Shown here: piece by piece, positions 1 to 9,294 of the stretch
Layout of the letters: each line of letters starts with the position of its first letter
Position numbering within the stretch: position 1 is the first letter of the stretch
NCBI GenBank assembly: GCA_964479535.1
Contig: CAYZMM010000003.1
Coordinates: 193,467 to 257,466, forward strand
DNA length: 64,000 bases
Reading direction: 5' to 3'
From: an uncultured Thermodesulfobacteriota bacterium
GTDB taxonomy: Bacteria; Desulfobacterota; DSWW01
Program-made: the position numbers and the translations under genes
The notes under the pieces: generated by a model
Databases searched by the model: none
The model's input: the letters and a program-made list of their open reading frames with translations, nothing else
What the model was told of the DNA's origin: nothing

Positions 1-123
1 TCCGGGCAGAGCCCACCCGTGGGGTTCGTTTTTCCGGTCGATGAGCACGATCCCCCCCGGCAGTTCGATGATGATGTCCACGGTGGGCACGGGATTCCGA
101 TGAGGTCCGGATGAAGGTTCCAT
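1..123 (-). CDS. NUDIX hydrolase (5' part; gene runs off window start)
   Basis: Minus-strand ATG at 123 preceded by a GGAGGAA RBS. Translation [41 protein letters not shown] is a NUDIX N-terminal beta-strand pattern. Absent from the ORF track because it is short and partial. Confidence 0.45.
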   Translation of the reverse strand, partial: MEPSSGPHRNPVPTVDIIIELPGGIVLIDRKNEPHGWALPG

Positions 124-208
124 CTTTCAGGTTCCTCCCTTCTGCGCAATCTGCCGACCCAACACAGCAAACGGCATGCCGGGCCGGTGGGCCAGGCGTG
201 CGAACCCG

Positions 209-2617
209 TCAGTCCTTGCTCTGCGGCAGGCGCAGTGAGACGGCGCCGGCCAGCAGGTAGCAGGCCGTGGCGATCAGAATGAGCCGCGTGAACCCAAGGC
301 CCATGGCCAGCAAGGGGGCGAGCACCGTGGCCACCACGGAGGCGCATCCGTTCACCGCCCACGCCCAGGGAACGAGAGAGGGCTGGAAGAGAAGGACGCG
401 GCGAAGTCCCGCAGGGAACATGTGGCCCATGGAGAAGGCCAGGGGCCCGATCGTCCCCAGGGCAACGATGACACGGACCCAGGGCTCCATGGATCGTGAG
501 AGTGCGAGCCAGCGGTCCATTCCCACCAGATAGACAAGGGACAGGGCCGTGATCAGGAGGGCGAACAGGACCGGGACCCGCCTGTTCTCCGCGGACCAGC
601 GGGCGCTCGCCCGGCTGCCTGCTCCGGCGAAGAGGAGGAAGCCGGACAGCACCACGGCCGCCGAGTATACCGGGTGGGCAAGGTACAGAATCAGCTTCTG
701 AAAGAAGCCCATCTCGATGAACATGAAAGAAAGGCCCAGCAGCAGGAAGTAGCCGAGCACGGCCGGCCGGCCGCGGGACCGGGAAATCTTCCTGGTTCGC
801 GGCAGGAGGGGCAGCAGAATGAACAGGAAGGAGAGAACCGCGGCCTGCCCCAGAGCGGCCCACAGAAGGAGCGTACCCAGCTCGAGAAAGGCCCGGCTCT
901 GTGCGCCCAGCCGGCTCCGGAGCAGTTCCCATGCGCGCCAGCGGAAGAAATGGTGGAAGTACGGCTTGTCGTCCGTCGGGGCCTCGAGCCGGAAGACGTA
1001 TGCGTCGAGGAAGGCTGCGCGGTTCTCCCCCAGGAGGGCCTGTGCGGCTTCGAAGTAGTAGGGGCGGTCCAGTCGATGGAAGCGGTTCGTCTCCCCGCGC
1101 CCGATGCCCGGCAGGTAGCAGAGATCGAAGCTTCGTTCCGAACAGAACCGACGGATGCGGGAATCGTCCCTCGTGGAAAGCGGCCTGTTCGAAACCAGCA
1201 CCGTGACCGTGGCCCAGCTGCGGATCATGGCCAGCTGCTCCGCGGGCTCGTGCCCGCGCTTGCGCAGGGTCGTGGCGGCGAGGTGAAAGAGCCGGGGTCC
1301 GGCTCGAGGGGGCATCCGGGACCAGCATGTCAGGCTTACCACCCCCTTTTCGCCCAGGCGGTCGAGCATCCCGTCCAGGGACTGTGTGGTGAGAAGGTAC
1401 GACTCTGCGGTGGAGAAGAGACCGGCGCTCGACGCGCCGAAGGGCTCCAGCGCGCCCAGCTGCACCAGGTCGAAGGTCCCGGTCTCTGCGCCCGCAGCCA
1501 GATAACCGCGGGCCTCCCGGTGGAGGACACGGACGCCGGGCTCCGTGTAGATCCGCCCGCCCCGATGGAACAGCTCGTCTTCCATCGCCTCGATCACCTG
1601 ACCGTTCACCTCCAGTCCCACGACTTCACGGCTGCCGCGAAACAGGGCCAGGCCCAGGTCCGCTCCACCTCCCGCTCCCACGACCAGCACCCGCGGAGCA
1701 TCCGAGATGTGGTAGGCGCAAGCGGCCGTGGTCGAGTCCATGAATGCGAAATCCCGGAGGCTCGCATACCGGTAGACGGCCGATGCCGCGGATCCATCCA
1801 CCAGGATCAGGGCGTGGTCCGGCAGGTGGCCCGTATAGGCGAGGCCGAGGCCCGGCGCGTAGTGCAGGGAGGGCCCGGCCACCACGTCGATGCGTCCCAG
1901 GTAGCCCACGTCCCGGTGGACGGTGCTCACTTCCGGCATGGCTCTCACCTGTGCCAGCATCTTGTAGGGAGACACCCGGGGCTCCCGCGGAGCCTTCCAG
2001 CCGAAGAGGGCGAGACTCGCCGTGACGGCGACCGCCACGGCAGCCTTCCAGGATGCGGCCGGTCTGAGCAGGGTCAGCCCCGCGGCGAGGGAAAGGGCGG
2101 CCATGGAAAGGTACAGACCGAAGGGAGCCATGAAACGCATGAGCATCAGAGCGAAGAGCGCCCCGATGCCGGACCCCGCCAGGTTCGCCGCATAGTGCCC
2201 GCCCGTCCTGCCCTCCTCCTCCATCAGGGCCAGGCCCACCAAGCACCCGGCGAGGAAGAAGGGCATGAAGAGGATGCCCTCGAGAAGCAGCGCCCTTGGG
2301 AGCTGTTCCACAGGATTCCATCCCAGTTCGTGAACATCGAACGACAGTGCCCGGCCGGCGATCCAGCATGCGGGAACGGCCAGTGTCAGGAGCATGGAAG
2401 AAACGTACATCCAGCTTTCCAGCCGCAGACGGAGCCGGCGTCCCGCCAGGGTCAGCGCCGTACCGCTCGCTCCGAACCCGAGGAGGGCCACGCTGATGAC
2501 CATGTACGCAAAGTGGTGCCAGAAGCGGAAGGAGAGCATGCGCATCATGGCGAGCTCGAGCCCGATGACGGCGGCGGACACGAGCAGCACGGCCGTTCGC
2601 ATTCGCAGGGGCGACAT
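209..2617 (-). CDS. fused MFS-like membrane domain / spermidine synthase-like (polyamine aminopropyltransferase family) protein
   Basis: 802-aa ORF. Hydrophobic N-terminal TM block, central VLVVGAGGGADLG methyltransferase/SpeE-like fold motif, second TM block. Confidence 0.55.
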   Translation of the reverse strand: MSPLRMRTAVLLVSAAVIGLELAMMRMLSFRFWHHFAYMVISVALLGFGASGTALTLAGRRLRLRLESWMYVSSMLLTLAVPACWIAGRALSFDVHELGWNPVEQLPRALLLEGILFMPFFLAGCLVGLALMEEEGRTGGHYAANLAGSGIGALFALMLMRFMAPFGLYLSMAALSLAAGLTLLRPAASWKAAVAVAVTASLALFGWKAPREPRVSPYKMLAQVRAMPEVSTVHRDVGYLGRIDVVAGPSLHYAPGLGLAYTGHLPDHALILVDGSAASAVYRYASLRDFAFMDSTTAACAYHISDAPRVLVVGAGGGADLGLALFRGSREVVGLEVNGQVIEAMEDELFHRGGRIYTEPGVRVLHREARGYLAAGAETGTFDLVQLGALEPFGASSAGLFSTAESYLLTTQSLDGMLDRLGEKGVVSLTCWSRMPPRAGPRLFHLAATTLRKRGHEPAEQLAMIRSWATVTVLVSNRPLSTRDDSRIRRFCSERSFDLCYLPGIGRGETNRFHRLDRPYYFEAAQALLGENRAAFLDAYVFRLEAPTDDKPYFHHFFRWRAWELLRSRLGAQSRAFLELGTLLLWAALGQAAVLSFLFILLPLLPRTRKISRSRGRPAVLGYFLLLGLSFMFIEMGFFQKLILYLAHPVYSAAVVLSGFLLFAGAGSRASARWSAENRRVPVLFALLITALSLVYLVGMDRWLALSRSMEPWVRVIVALGTIGPLAFSMGHMFPAGLRRVLLFQPSLVPWAWAVNGCASVVATVLAPLLAMGLGFTRLILIATACYLLAGAVSLRLPQSKD

Positions 2618-2620
2618 GTT

Positions 2621-3538
2621 CTACCCTGAGGAGGTGTCTTCCCGCAGAAAGGGCACGAAACGGACCGGCATGAGGGAACGACTGCGGATCTTCCCCTCCT
2701 TGTCCTTTTCCACGAGCATGAGGGACTGAACCGCGAATCGCCCACCTACCGGGATGAGCATTCTGCCCTCCTTTGCGAGCTGGCGCAGAAGAGGAGGCGG
2801 GATCTGGCCGGCCGCGGCCGTCACGATCACGGCGTCGTAAGGTGCATGCTCCTCCCATCCGTAATAGCCGTCTCCGTGCCGGGTCCGGACCACATCGTAG
2901 CCCAGTCGCTCCAGGCGCTTGCCGGCACTCTCGGACAGGGCCTCGATGATCTCGATCGTGAAGACCTCGCGGGTGAAATGGGTCAGCACCGCAGCCTGGT
3001 ATCCGGACCCCGTCCCGACCTCCAGCACTCGATCGCCCGGTTCCAACTCGAGCAGCCGTGTCATTTCCGCAACGATGAACGGCTGTGAAATCGTCTGACC
3101 GTAGCCGATGGGCCGGGGGGTGTCCGCGTAGGCCCTGTCGCAGCCCGCGGAGGGGACGAATTCGTGCCGCGGCACCGTGGCCATCGCTTTCAGGACGCGC
3201 GTGTCGGTGAGGCCGTATCGTTCACGGATCGTCTCGACCATGTCGCGGCGTTCCCGACTGCAGGCCTTGAAGGTGGGCGGACTCCAGGCGCCGCCGCCTG
3301 ATTCTTTGTCCGGCTCCTTTTCGGTGGGGCCTCCGGGCTCGTTGGCTGAAACGGAAGACGCCGGCGCCGGGAGCGCAGCGGGAATAGAGAGGGGTGCCGA
3401 CGTGGAAAGCACAAGCGAAAGGAGTGCTGCCAAGCCCAGGGAGGAACGAAGCCCTGTCGAGCCTCCACGAAACCGTGCCTCATCCGCACCGGGGCGGGGA
3501 GAAGGACCGGAGAATAAAGATACGAACGAACCTTTCAT
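2621..3538 (-). CDS. pcm: protein-L-isoaspartate O-methyltransferase with N-terminal signal peptide
   Basis: Core ...GQTISQPFIVAEMTRLLELEPGDRVLEVGTGSGYQAAVL... matches PCM. Good GGAGGAAG RBS before ATG 3538. N-terminal 90 aa contain a hydrophobic signal-like segment. Confidence 0.85.
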   Translation of the reverse strand: MKGSFVSLFSGPSPRPGADEARFRGGSTGLRSSLGLAALLSLVLSTSAPLSIPAALPAPASSVSANEPGGPTEKEPDKESGGGAWSPPTFKACSRERRDMVETIRERYGLTDTRVLKAMATVPRHEFVPSAGCDRAYADTPRPIGYGQTISQPFIVAEMTRLLELEPGDRVLEVGTGSGYQAAVLTHFTREVFTIEIIEALSESAGKRLERLGYDVVRTRHGDGYYGWEEHAPYDAVIVTAAAGQIPPPLLRQLAKEGRMLIPVGGRFAVQSLMLVEKDKEGKIRSRSLMPVRFVPFLREDTSSG

Positions 3539-3586
3539 CTTCCTCCGTCCCCTTGGTCGGAAACGGTCGAAACCAAATCGTCCGGT

Positions 3587-3835
3587 TCAGAAGCCGGGCT
3601 TCATCTCCTCGAAGGGGAGGCCAAGCTGGTTCTTGTGATCCGAGACCACGTGTTTGACCACGCCGGTCTTCGTGTCCATCACGAAGACCTCCAGGATGTA
3701 GCCTCCCCCCGCCTCGGCCGACGTTGCCGCGACTGCGTATCTTCCTGGCCGATCCTCGGACGCGGCGCCCACCAGGAACAGGAGCGCAACCAGCACGGTT
3801 CCTGCCAGGAGGATCGCAATGGTTCGGTTTCTCAT
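3587..3835 (-). CDS. small secreted hypothetical protein
   Basis: 82 aa, clear signal peptide (MRNRTIAILLAGTVLVALLFLVGAAS). 1-nt gap to the upstream gene. Confidence 0.45.
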   Translation of the reverse strand: MRNRTIAILLAGTVLVALLFLVGAASEDRPGRYAVAATSAEAGGGYILEVFVMDTKTGVVKHVVSDHKNQLGLPFEEMKPGF

Positions 3836-3836
3836 G

Positions 3837-4265
3837 CTACTTCCCCTGCTTTCCGTAGTAACGGTTCATGGCCTGCAGGGCGTTCTGCGCCTCTGTTGCG
3901 GCCCCTTCGAAGGTGAAGTGAAGCCACCGGTCGGCACCGTCCTTCGGCACCTTGAGGCGGAGGATGTATTCCTGTTCGAGCAGCTCGTTCGCGCCCACGC
4001 GGTTCTTCACGAGGCACTGCCACTCGGCGACCTGCTTCCAGGGTATCATGTGCTTCTCCCGGTCCGAATCCAGGTATTGGATTCCTTTGTCCTGGATCGT
4101 CAGCCGGGTCGCAAAGGGCCTGAAGTCCTGCATGTAATAGCCCGCGTCCAGGGTGACGCTGTCGCCGCACCATGCGGTCTGTCCGAGGCCCGACGCGAGC
4201 ACCGCAATCGATGCACACACGATCAGGCCCGCCCATCTCGTGGATTCTCTCCTTTTCACACTCAT
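3837..4265 (-). CDS. secreted hypothetical protein
   Basis: 142 aa with signal peptide. Start overlaps the stop of the zinc-ribbon ORF (ATGA). Confidence 0.5.
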   Translation of the reverse strand: MSVKRRESTRWAGLIVCASIAVLASGLGQTAWCGDSVTLDAGYYMQDFRPFATRLTIQDKGIQYLDSDREKHMIPWKQVAEWQCLVKNRVGANELLEQEYILRLKVPKDGADRWLHFTFEGAATEAQNALQAMNRYYGKQGK

Positions 4266-4432
4266 GTTCGTTCCTCCTTTTCAAGCTCGGAACAAGGCAC
4301 GCACAGGCCGTTCTCGTCGATGCACTCTTCACAGTGCATGCGTCGGCACTGTCTGCACTCGTTCACCGTCGTCTTGTAATCCCCCTCTTGCTCGTTACCG
4401 CAGGCCGTGCAAACAAACTTCTCTTCCGCCAT
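4262..4432 (-). CDS. small double zinc-ribbon protein (4x CxxC), 56 aa; not in supplied ORF track
   Basis: Hand translation: MAEEKFVCTACGNEQEGDYKTTVNECRQCRRMHCEECIDENGLCVPCSELEKEERT. Cys pairs C8/C11, C27/C30, C35/C38, C45/C48. Its TGA overlaps the next ATG. Confidence 0.5.
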   Translation of the reverse strand: MAEEKFVCTACGNEQEGDYKTTVNECRQCRRMHCEECIDENGLCVPCSELEKEERT

Positions 4433-4834
4433 CTTCTCACTCCTTTCCCGCCGTCTCGGACGCTGCCGCCCCTCGGCGTCATGGCAGTTTCGCTTCGAGT
4501 TCGATCTTCACGCCCGCCAGGGCCTTCGAAACCGGACAGGACTCCTTGGCGGTGCGAGCCTGTCATCATCAGCCATATGAGCAGCAATATGGATGCCAAG
4601 TGAGATGCGGCCTCTCACGGCCGTTTGAAGCACCGTCTTGCAGGGCCACCCTTCGGATCGGAAGGCCCCTATGCAAGGTTTGCACAGTTTGGTTCGCATC
4701 TGTGTGCGAATGGTGCACAACCTCCTCTGTGAAAAGCCGCCCGACTGCGGGTTCTCGATTCCTCCCGGGAGCCGTGAACCCGGCTCCGGGAATCTAACGT
4801 GAAAAGCACCATCAACCAGACAGGGGAGAATCTC

Positions 4835-5326
4835 ATGAAACTCTTGGTGAGGGGGGTGTTGGCTCTTCTCGCGGGGCTGATGCTCCTGAACGGCTGTCAC
4901 AAGACCGTACGGACGGACCTCGAAACTCTGCGGGAGAACCCGGACAAGTTCCAGGGCAAGGAAGTGGTGATCGTGACCGAAATCGAGGACGTCAAGAGGA
5001 ACCCGCAACCCTACCTGCAGAAGGAGGTGCAGCTTCAGGGGCAGGTGGAATACATGGGCTTCCGGGAGCACTTTCGGTGGAACTTCCTTTTGAAGGATGC
5101 CGAGGGAAGGGCCCTTCGCTGCTACGAACGGGAGTATGCCTACAGGGTTTCGAGCCGGGTGGAACTCACGGTACGGGAAGCGGAGAAGGAGGGTGAGCCG
5201 TTGACCGTGGTCGGGTCGCTGGAGAACGGCAACGAGCTGGAACTCGACTGGATCGAGTACCGTGGAGACCGGATCGACACCGACTTCGTGCCCCACCGGG
5301 AACTCCACCGTTTCTGGATCTTCTGA
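4835..5326 (+). CDS. lipoprotein (lipobox LLNGC), unknown function
   Basis: ORF track starts at GTG 4799. ATG 4835 with a GGGGAG RBS gives the classic MKLLVRGVLALLAGLMLLNGC signal/lipobox. Confidence 0.6.
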   Translation: MKLLVRGVLALLAGLMLLNGCHKTVRTDLETLRENPDKFQGKEVVIVTEIEDVKRNPQPYLQKEVQLQGQVEYMGFREHFRWNFLLKDAEGRALRCYEREYAYRVSSRVELTVREAEKEGEPLTVVGSLENGNELELDWIEYRGDRIDTDFVPHRELHRFWIF

Positions 5327-5330
5327 AGAA

Positions 5331-5368
5331 GAGGGGACGTTGTTTAATTGATTAAACAACGTCCCCTC
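5331..5368. promoter_or_regulatory. perfect 38-bp palindrome (18-bp arms, AT-rich core TTGTTTAATTGATTAAACAA) between lipoprotein gene and opu operon
   Basis: gaggggacgttgtttaat-tg-attaaacaacgtcccctc read directly. No U-tract on either strand. Confidence 0.5.
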
Positions 5369-5432
5369 GATCTGGACAGTGTGCTGCATCTCCAGTATTC
5401 TGCAGCCGCAAAGCACCACGGAGGCCCTTCCC

Positions 5433-6212
5433 ATGCTCCACCTCGAGGGTGTGTCCAAATCCTACGACGGCGGGCACACCCATGCGGTCCGGCGAATCGA
5501 CCTGGAGGTCGAAGAAGGCGAACTGCTCGTCCTGCTGGGCGAGTCGGGCTGCGGCAAGACCACCACCCTGAAGATGATCAACCGGCTCATCGAGCCGACC
5601 GCCGGAACCATCCGGGTCCGGGACGAGGACACGCGTGACGTGGATCCCGTTACCCTCAGGCGAAAGATCGGGTACGTGTTCCAGGGGATCGGGCTGTTCC
5701 CCCACTTCACTGTGGGGGAGAACATCGCCGTGGTTCCGAACCTGCTGGGCTGGGAGGACGCGGAGGTGGGCCAGCGGGTGGACGAGCTGCTCGAGCTGGT
5801 GGGGCTGGAGGCGGGGGACTTCCGCGACCGCCGGCCCACCGAGCTCTCCGGCGGGCAGCAGCAGCGCATCGGTCTGGCCCGCGCGCTGGCCGCCCGGCCG
5901 AAGATCATGCTCATGGACGAACCCTTCGGGGCCCTGGACCCGCTCACACGCGACCGGCTCCAGGACGAGTTCACGGACATTCACCGGAGCCTGGGACTCA
6001 CCACCGTGATGGTGACCCACGACATGACCGAGGCACTCCTGCTCGCCGACCGGATCGCCGTGATGAACGAGGGCCGGATCCTGCGCGTGGATACGCCCCG
6101 GGAGCTCCTGAACGATCCCCAGGACGATTACATCGGAGACCTCATGGACATGCCGAGGCGTCAGGCGGACCGGCTGGAGGAGCTCATGCACGAGGCGGAA
6201 GAGAGCCGATGA
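5433..6212 (+). CDS. osmoprotectant (glycine betaine/choline) ABC transporter ATP-binding protein, OpuCA/OpuBA family
   Basis: Walker A GESGCGKTT, signature LSGGQQQRIGLARAL, Walker B IMLMDEPFGALD. ATG 5433 after a GGAGG RBS. Confidence 0.85.
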   Translation: MLHLEGVSKSYDGGHTHAVRRIDLEVEEGELLVLLGESGCGKTTTLKMINRLIEPTAGTIRVRDEDTRDVDPVTLRRKIGYVFQGIGLFPHFTVGENIAVVPNLLGWEDAEVGQRVDELLELVGLEAGDFRDRRPTELSGGQQQRIGLARALAARPKIMLMDEPFGALDPLTRDRLQDEFTDIHRSLGLTTVMVTHDMTEALLLADRIAVMNEGRILRVDTPRELLNDPQDDYIGDLMDMPRRQADRLEELMHEAEESR

Positions 6213-7813
6213 CCGGAAACCTTCGGGAACAGTTCCTCGTCCTGCCCGAGAACCTCTCGAACCACCTCCTGATCACCCTCATCCCCCTGGCCGTCGGGGT
6301 GGCGGTGAGTCTCCCCCTGGCCGTCTACGTGGTCAAGCACCCCCGGCTGCGGTACCCCACGCTCACGGCGGTGAGCATCGTGCAGACCATCCCGAGCCTG
6401 GCGCTCCTGGCGCTCATGGTGCCGGTTCTGGCCGCCCTCAGTTCGCTGACCGCCCGGGCCCTGGGCGTGGAGATCTCGGCCCTCGGCTTCTATCCCACGG
6501 TGATCGCCCTGAGCCTGTACAGCATCCTGCCCATGCTGCGAAATGCGGTGACCGGCATCCTGGGGGTGGACCCGGCCATGGTGGAGGCGGCAGAGGGGAT
6601 GGGGATGACACGCAGCCAGGTGCTCTGGAAGGTGGAGCTGCCCCTGGCCGCGCCGGTCATCATCGCGGGCATTCGCACGGCCACCGTCTGGGTCGTGGGC
6701 ATCGCCACCCTGGCAACGCCGGTTGGACAGCGCTGCCTCGGCAACTACATCTTCCGGGGCCTCCAGACCCGCAACTGGACCGCCGTGGTCTTCGGGTGCG
6801 TGGCCGCGGCCCTGCTCGCCATCCTGCTGGATCTCCTGCTCGGCGGGGTGGAAAAGGCGGTCAAGGAACGCAGGAGGCGACTGGCCATGGGAGCCGCCGC
6901 GGCGCTGCTCCTGATCATGGCCGCCGGCATCCTCGCTCCCTTTGCCACGGGATGGCTCTCTTCACGGGCGCAGCAGGACACGGGGACGACCCGGCAGGTC
7001 GTCTGGGTGGGTTCGAAGACCTTTACCGAGCAGTACATTCTGGCCACCCTCATCACCCGGGTACTCGAAGATTCCGGGTTTCCCGCCCGCGAGAAGGAGA
7101 GCCTGGGCTCCACGGTGGTCTTCGACGCCCTGGTGAAGGGCGAGATCGACTGCTACGTGGACTACACGGGCACGGTCTGGGCCAACTACATGGATCGCGA
7201 CCGCACGGCCGGGGCGAAGACCGTGCTGAGGGAAGTGCGGGACTGGCTTCGGGCCGATCACGGGATTCACTGCCTGGGTGCGCTCGGCTTCGAGAACGCC
7301 TACGGGCTGGCCATGTCGAAGAAGCGTGCCCGCGAGCTGGGCATCGAGACCATCGGCAACCTGGCCGGTCACGCACCCGGCATGAAGATCGGGGGCGATT
7401 ACGAGTTCTTCGGCCGCCCCGAGTGGCAGAGGATACGCGACACCTACGGGCTCCGGTTTGCAGACCAGATCAGCTACGACTCCACCTTCATGTACCGGGC
7501 CGTGCGCCGCGGCCGGGTGGATGTGATCTCCGCCTTCACGAGCGACGGCAGGATCGAGGCCTTCGATCTCACCGTGCTGGAAGACCCTGAGGACACGATC
7601 CCCCCCTACGACGCCGTGCTGCTGCTCTCCGGGGATGCGGCCGCGCGCCCCGGCCTGGTGGAGGCCCTGGACCCACTCGTCGGCGCGATCCCGGTTCAGC
7701 TCATGCGCCGGGCCAACTACAAGGTGGACCGGGAGAAGAACAAGCGCACGGTCGACCAGGCGGCCGAATGGCTCTACCGGCAGATCTTCGAAGAGAACGA
7801 AGAAGCCCACTGA
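6209..7813 (+). CDS. ABC permease fused to periplasmic glycine betaine/choline-binding domain (OpuCB-OpuCC-like)
   Basis: N-terminal half is a 5-6 TM BPD permease. C-terminal half is a substrate-binding domain. ATGA overlap with the upstream ATPase. Confidence 0.85.
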   Translation: MTGNLREQFLVLPENLSNHLLITLIPLAVGVAVSLPLAVYVVKHPRLRYPTLTAVSIVQTIPSLALLALMVPVLAALSSLTARALGVEISALGFYPTVIALSLYSILPMLRNAVTGILGVDPAMVEAAEGMGMTRSQVLWKVELPLAAPVIIAGIRTATVWVVGIATLATPVGQRCLGNYIFRGLQTRNWTAVVFGCVAAALLAILLDLLLGGVEKAVKERRRRLAMGAAAALLLIMAAGILAPFATGWLSSRAQQDTGTTRQVVWVGSKTFTEQYILATLITRVLEDSGFPAREKESLGSTVVFDALVKGEIDCYVDYTGTVWANYMDRDRTAGAKTVLREVRDWLRADHGIHCLGALGFENAYGLAMSKKRARELGIETIGNLAGHAPGMKIGGDYEFFGRPEWQRIRDTYGLRFADQISYDSTFMYRAVRRGRVDVISAFTSDGRIEAFDLTVLEDPEDTIPPYDAVLLLSGDAAARPGLVEALDPLVGAIPVQLMRRANYKVDREKNKRTVDQAAEWLYRQIFEENEEAH

Positions 7814-7833
7814 TCCCCGAAAGGAAGACAGAC

Positions 7834-9039
7834 ATGGATTTCCAGATCATCCGACCCCTGCTTCGATCCGCGGACACGAAGATCCTGCTCCTCGTCCTGG
7901 ACGGCCTTGGAGGCCTGCCCGGAAAGCAGAACGGAAACACCGAACTCGAGGCGGCCCGCACGCCCAACCTCGATGCGATCGCAAAGGAGAGCGTGTGCGG
8001 CCTCCACGTGCCGATCGGAAACGGCATCACCCCGGGCAGCGGCCCCGCCCACCTCGCCCTGTTCGGCTACGACCCTCTCGTCTACAAGGTGGGCCGGGGC
8101 GCGCTCGCCGCCCTCGGCATCGGCTTCGATCTGCACCCGGACGACGTGGCCGCCCGCGGGAATTTCTGCACCATCGACGAGAAGGGGCTTGTCACCGACA
8201 GGCGTGCAGGCCGGATCATCACGGAGAAGAACAAGGAGCTCTGCAGGCGGCTCCAGGAAATCGACCTGCCGGAGGTCCAGGTCTTCGTGGAGCCGGTCAA
8301 GGAGTACCGCTTCCTGCTCGTGCTCCGGGGGGAAGGGGTTTCGGCATCGCTGGGCGACACGGACCCGCAGGTCGTGGGAAGGGAGCCCCTCGAGCCGCGC
8401 GCCTCGGAAGAGGCGGCCGAGCCGACGGCCGAGCTGGTCGGCAGGTTCCTCGAACGGGCGCGGGAGATCCTCCGTGACCACCACCCGGCCAACATGGCCC
8501 TGCTTCGGGGCTTCTCGAAACGACCGGACTGGCCCACCTTGAACGAGGCCTTCGGACTCCGGTGCGCGGCCGTCGCCGGCTACCCCATGTACCGGGGTCT
8601 GGCACGGCTGGTGGGTATGGAGATCTTGGAAACAGGAGACACCCTGGATGAAGAGCTGCAGGCCCTGGAGCGTCACTGGGACGACTACGACTTCTTCTAC
8701 CTGCACGTCAAGCGCATCGACAGCGCAGGCGAAGACGGTGATTTCGAACGAAAGGTCGCCCTCATCGAGGAAGTGGACAACCAGGTGCCGCGGATCATGA
8801 ACCTTGAACCGGACGTGCTCGTGGTTACCGGGGATCACTCCACGCCCTCGGCCCTCGCGTCACACAGCTGGCACCCCGTACCCGTGCTTCTCCGCTCCCG
8901 CCACTGCCGGCGGGACGAGGTGGACCGGTTCGGGGAACGCCCCTGCACGGCAGGGGGGCTGGGCCCCCGGTTTCCGGCAAAGGATCTCATGCCCCTCGCC
9001 CTTGCCAACGCCCAGCGCCTGGACAAATTCGGGGCCTGA
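7834..9039 (+). CDS. apgM: 2,3-bisphosphoglycerate-independent phosphoglycerate mutase, archaeal type
   Basis: ILLLVLDGLGG..., GSGPAHLALFGYDP, VVTGDHSTPS motifs of the ApgM family. ATG 7834 after an AAGGAAG RBS. Confidence 0.8.
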   Translation: MDFQIIRPLLRSADTKILLLVLDGLGGLPGKQNGNTELEAARTPNLDAIAKESVCGLHVPIGNGITPGSGPAHLALFGYDPLVYKVGRGALAALGIGFDLHPDDVAARGNFCTIDEKGLVTDRRAGRIITEKNKELCRRLQEIDLPEVQVFVEPVKEYRFLLVLRGEGVSASLGDTDPQVVGREPLEPRASEEAAEPTAELVGRFLERAREILRDHHPANMALLRGFSKRPDWPTLNEAFGLRCAAVAGYPMYRGLARLVGMEILETGDTLDEELQALERHWDDYDFFYLHVKRIDSAGEDGDFERKVALIEEVDNQVPRIMNLEPDVLVVTGDHSTPSALASHSWHPVPVLLRSRHCRRDEVDRFGERPCTAGGLGPRFPAKDLMPLALANAQRLDKFGA

Positions 9040-9294
9040 CCGGAAACGCTTTCGCCTGCCTTCCTTTCGAACGGCCATTCCCCTTTCGAGAATGGAAACG
9101 TGTGCGCATGGGTAGCTTTCGTACCCCTTTGGTGCCGGGTTTCTTCCCGGTTAGACCCACGGAATCTCCCGAATCAGGACTCCCGTGGCAGCATCACAAC
9201 GTATAGAAGCGAGTTTCGCAAGCCCGGTTTTTCGAACCATCCCAGAGGGATCGGGTGTAAGTGGTTCAAGAGCAAGGGATGAAAGGAGGATACC

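Noticed and set aside
4741-4800. tRNA-like T-arm resemblance (GGTTCTCGATTCC) and a similar ggttcgagcc at ~10810
   Set aside because: They do not match the GGTTCGAATCC T-loop consensus. No cloverleaf can be built, and there is no CCA or acceptor stem complement. No tRNA or rRNA genes were found in the window.
4508-5458. 316-aa minus-strand ORF overlapping the lipoprotein gene and the palindrome
   Set aside because: It has no RBS or start context and a junk-like sequence. The opposite strand encodes a convincing lipoprotein.
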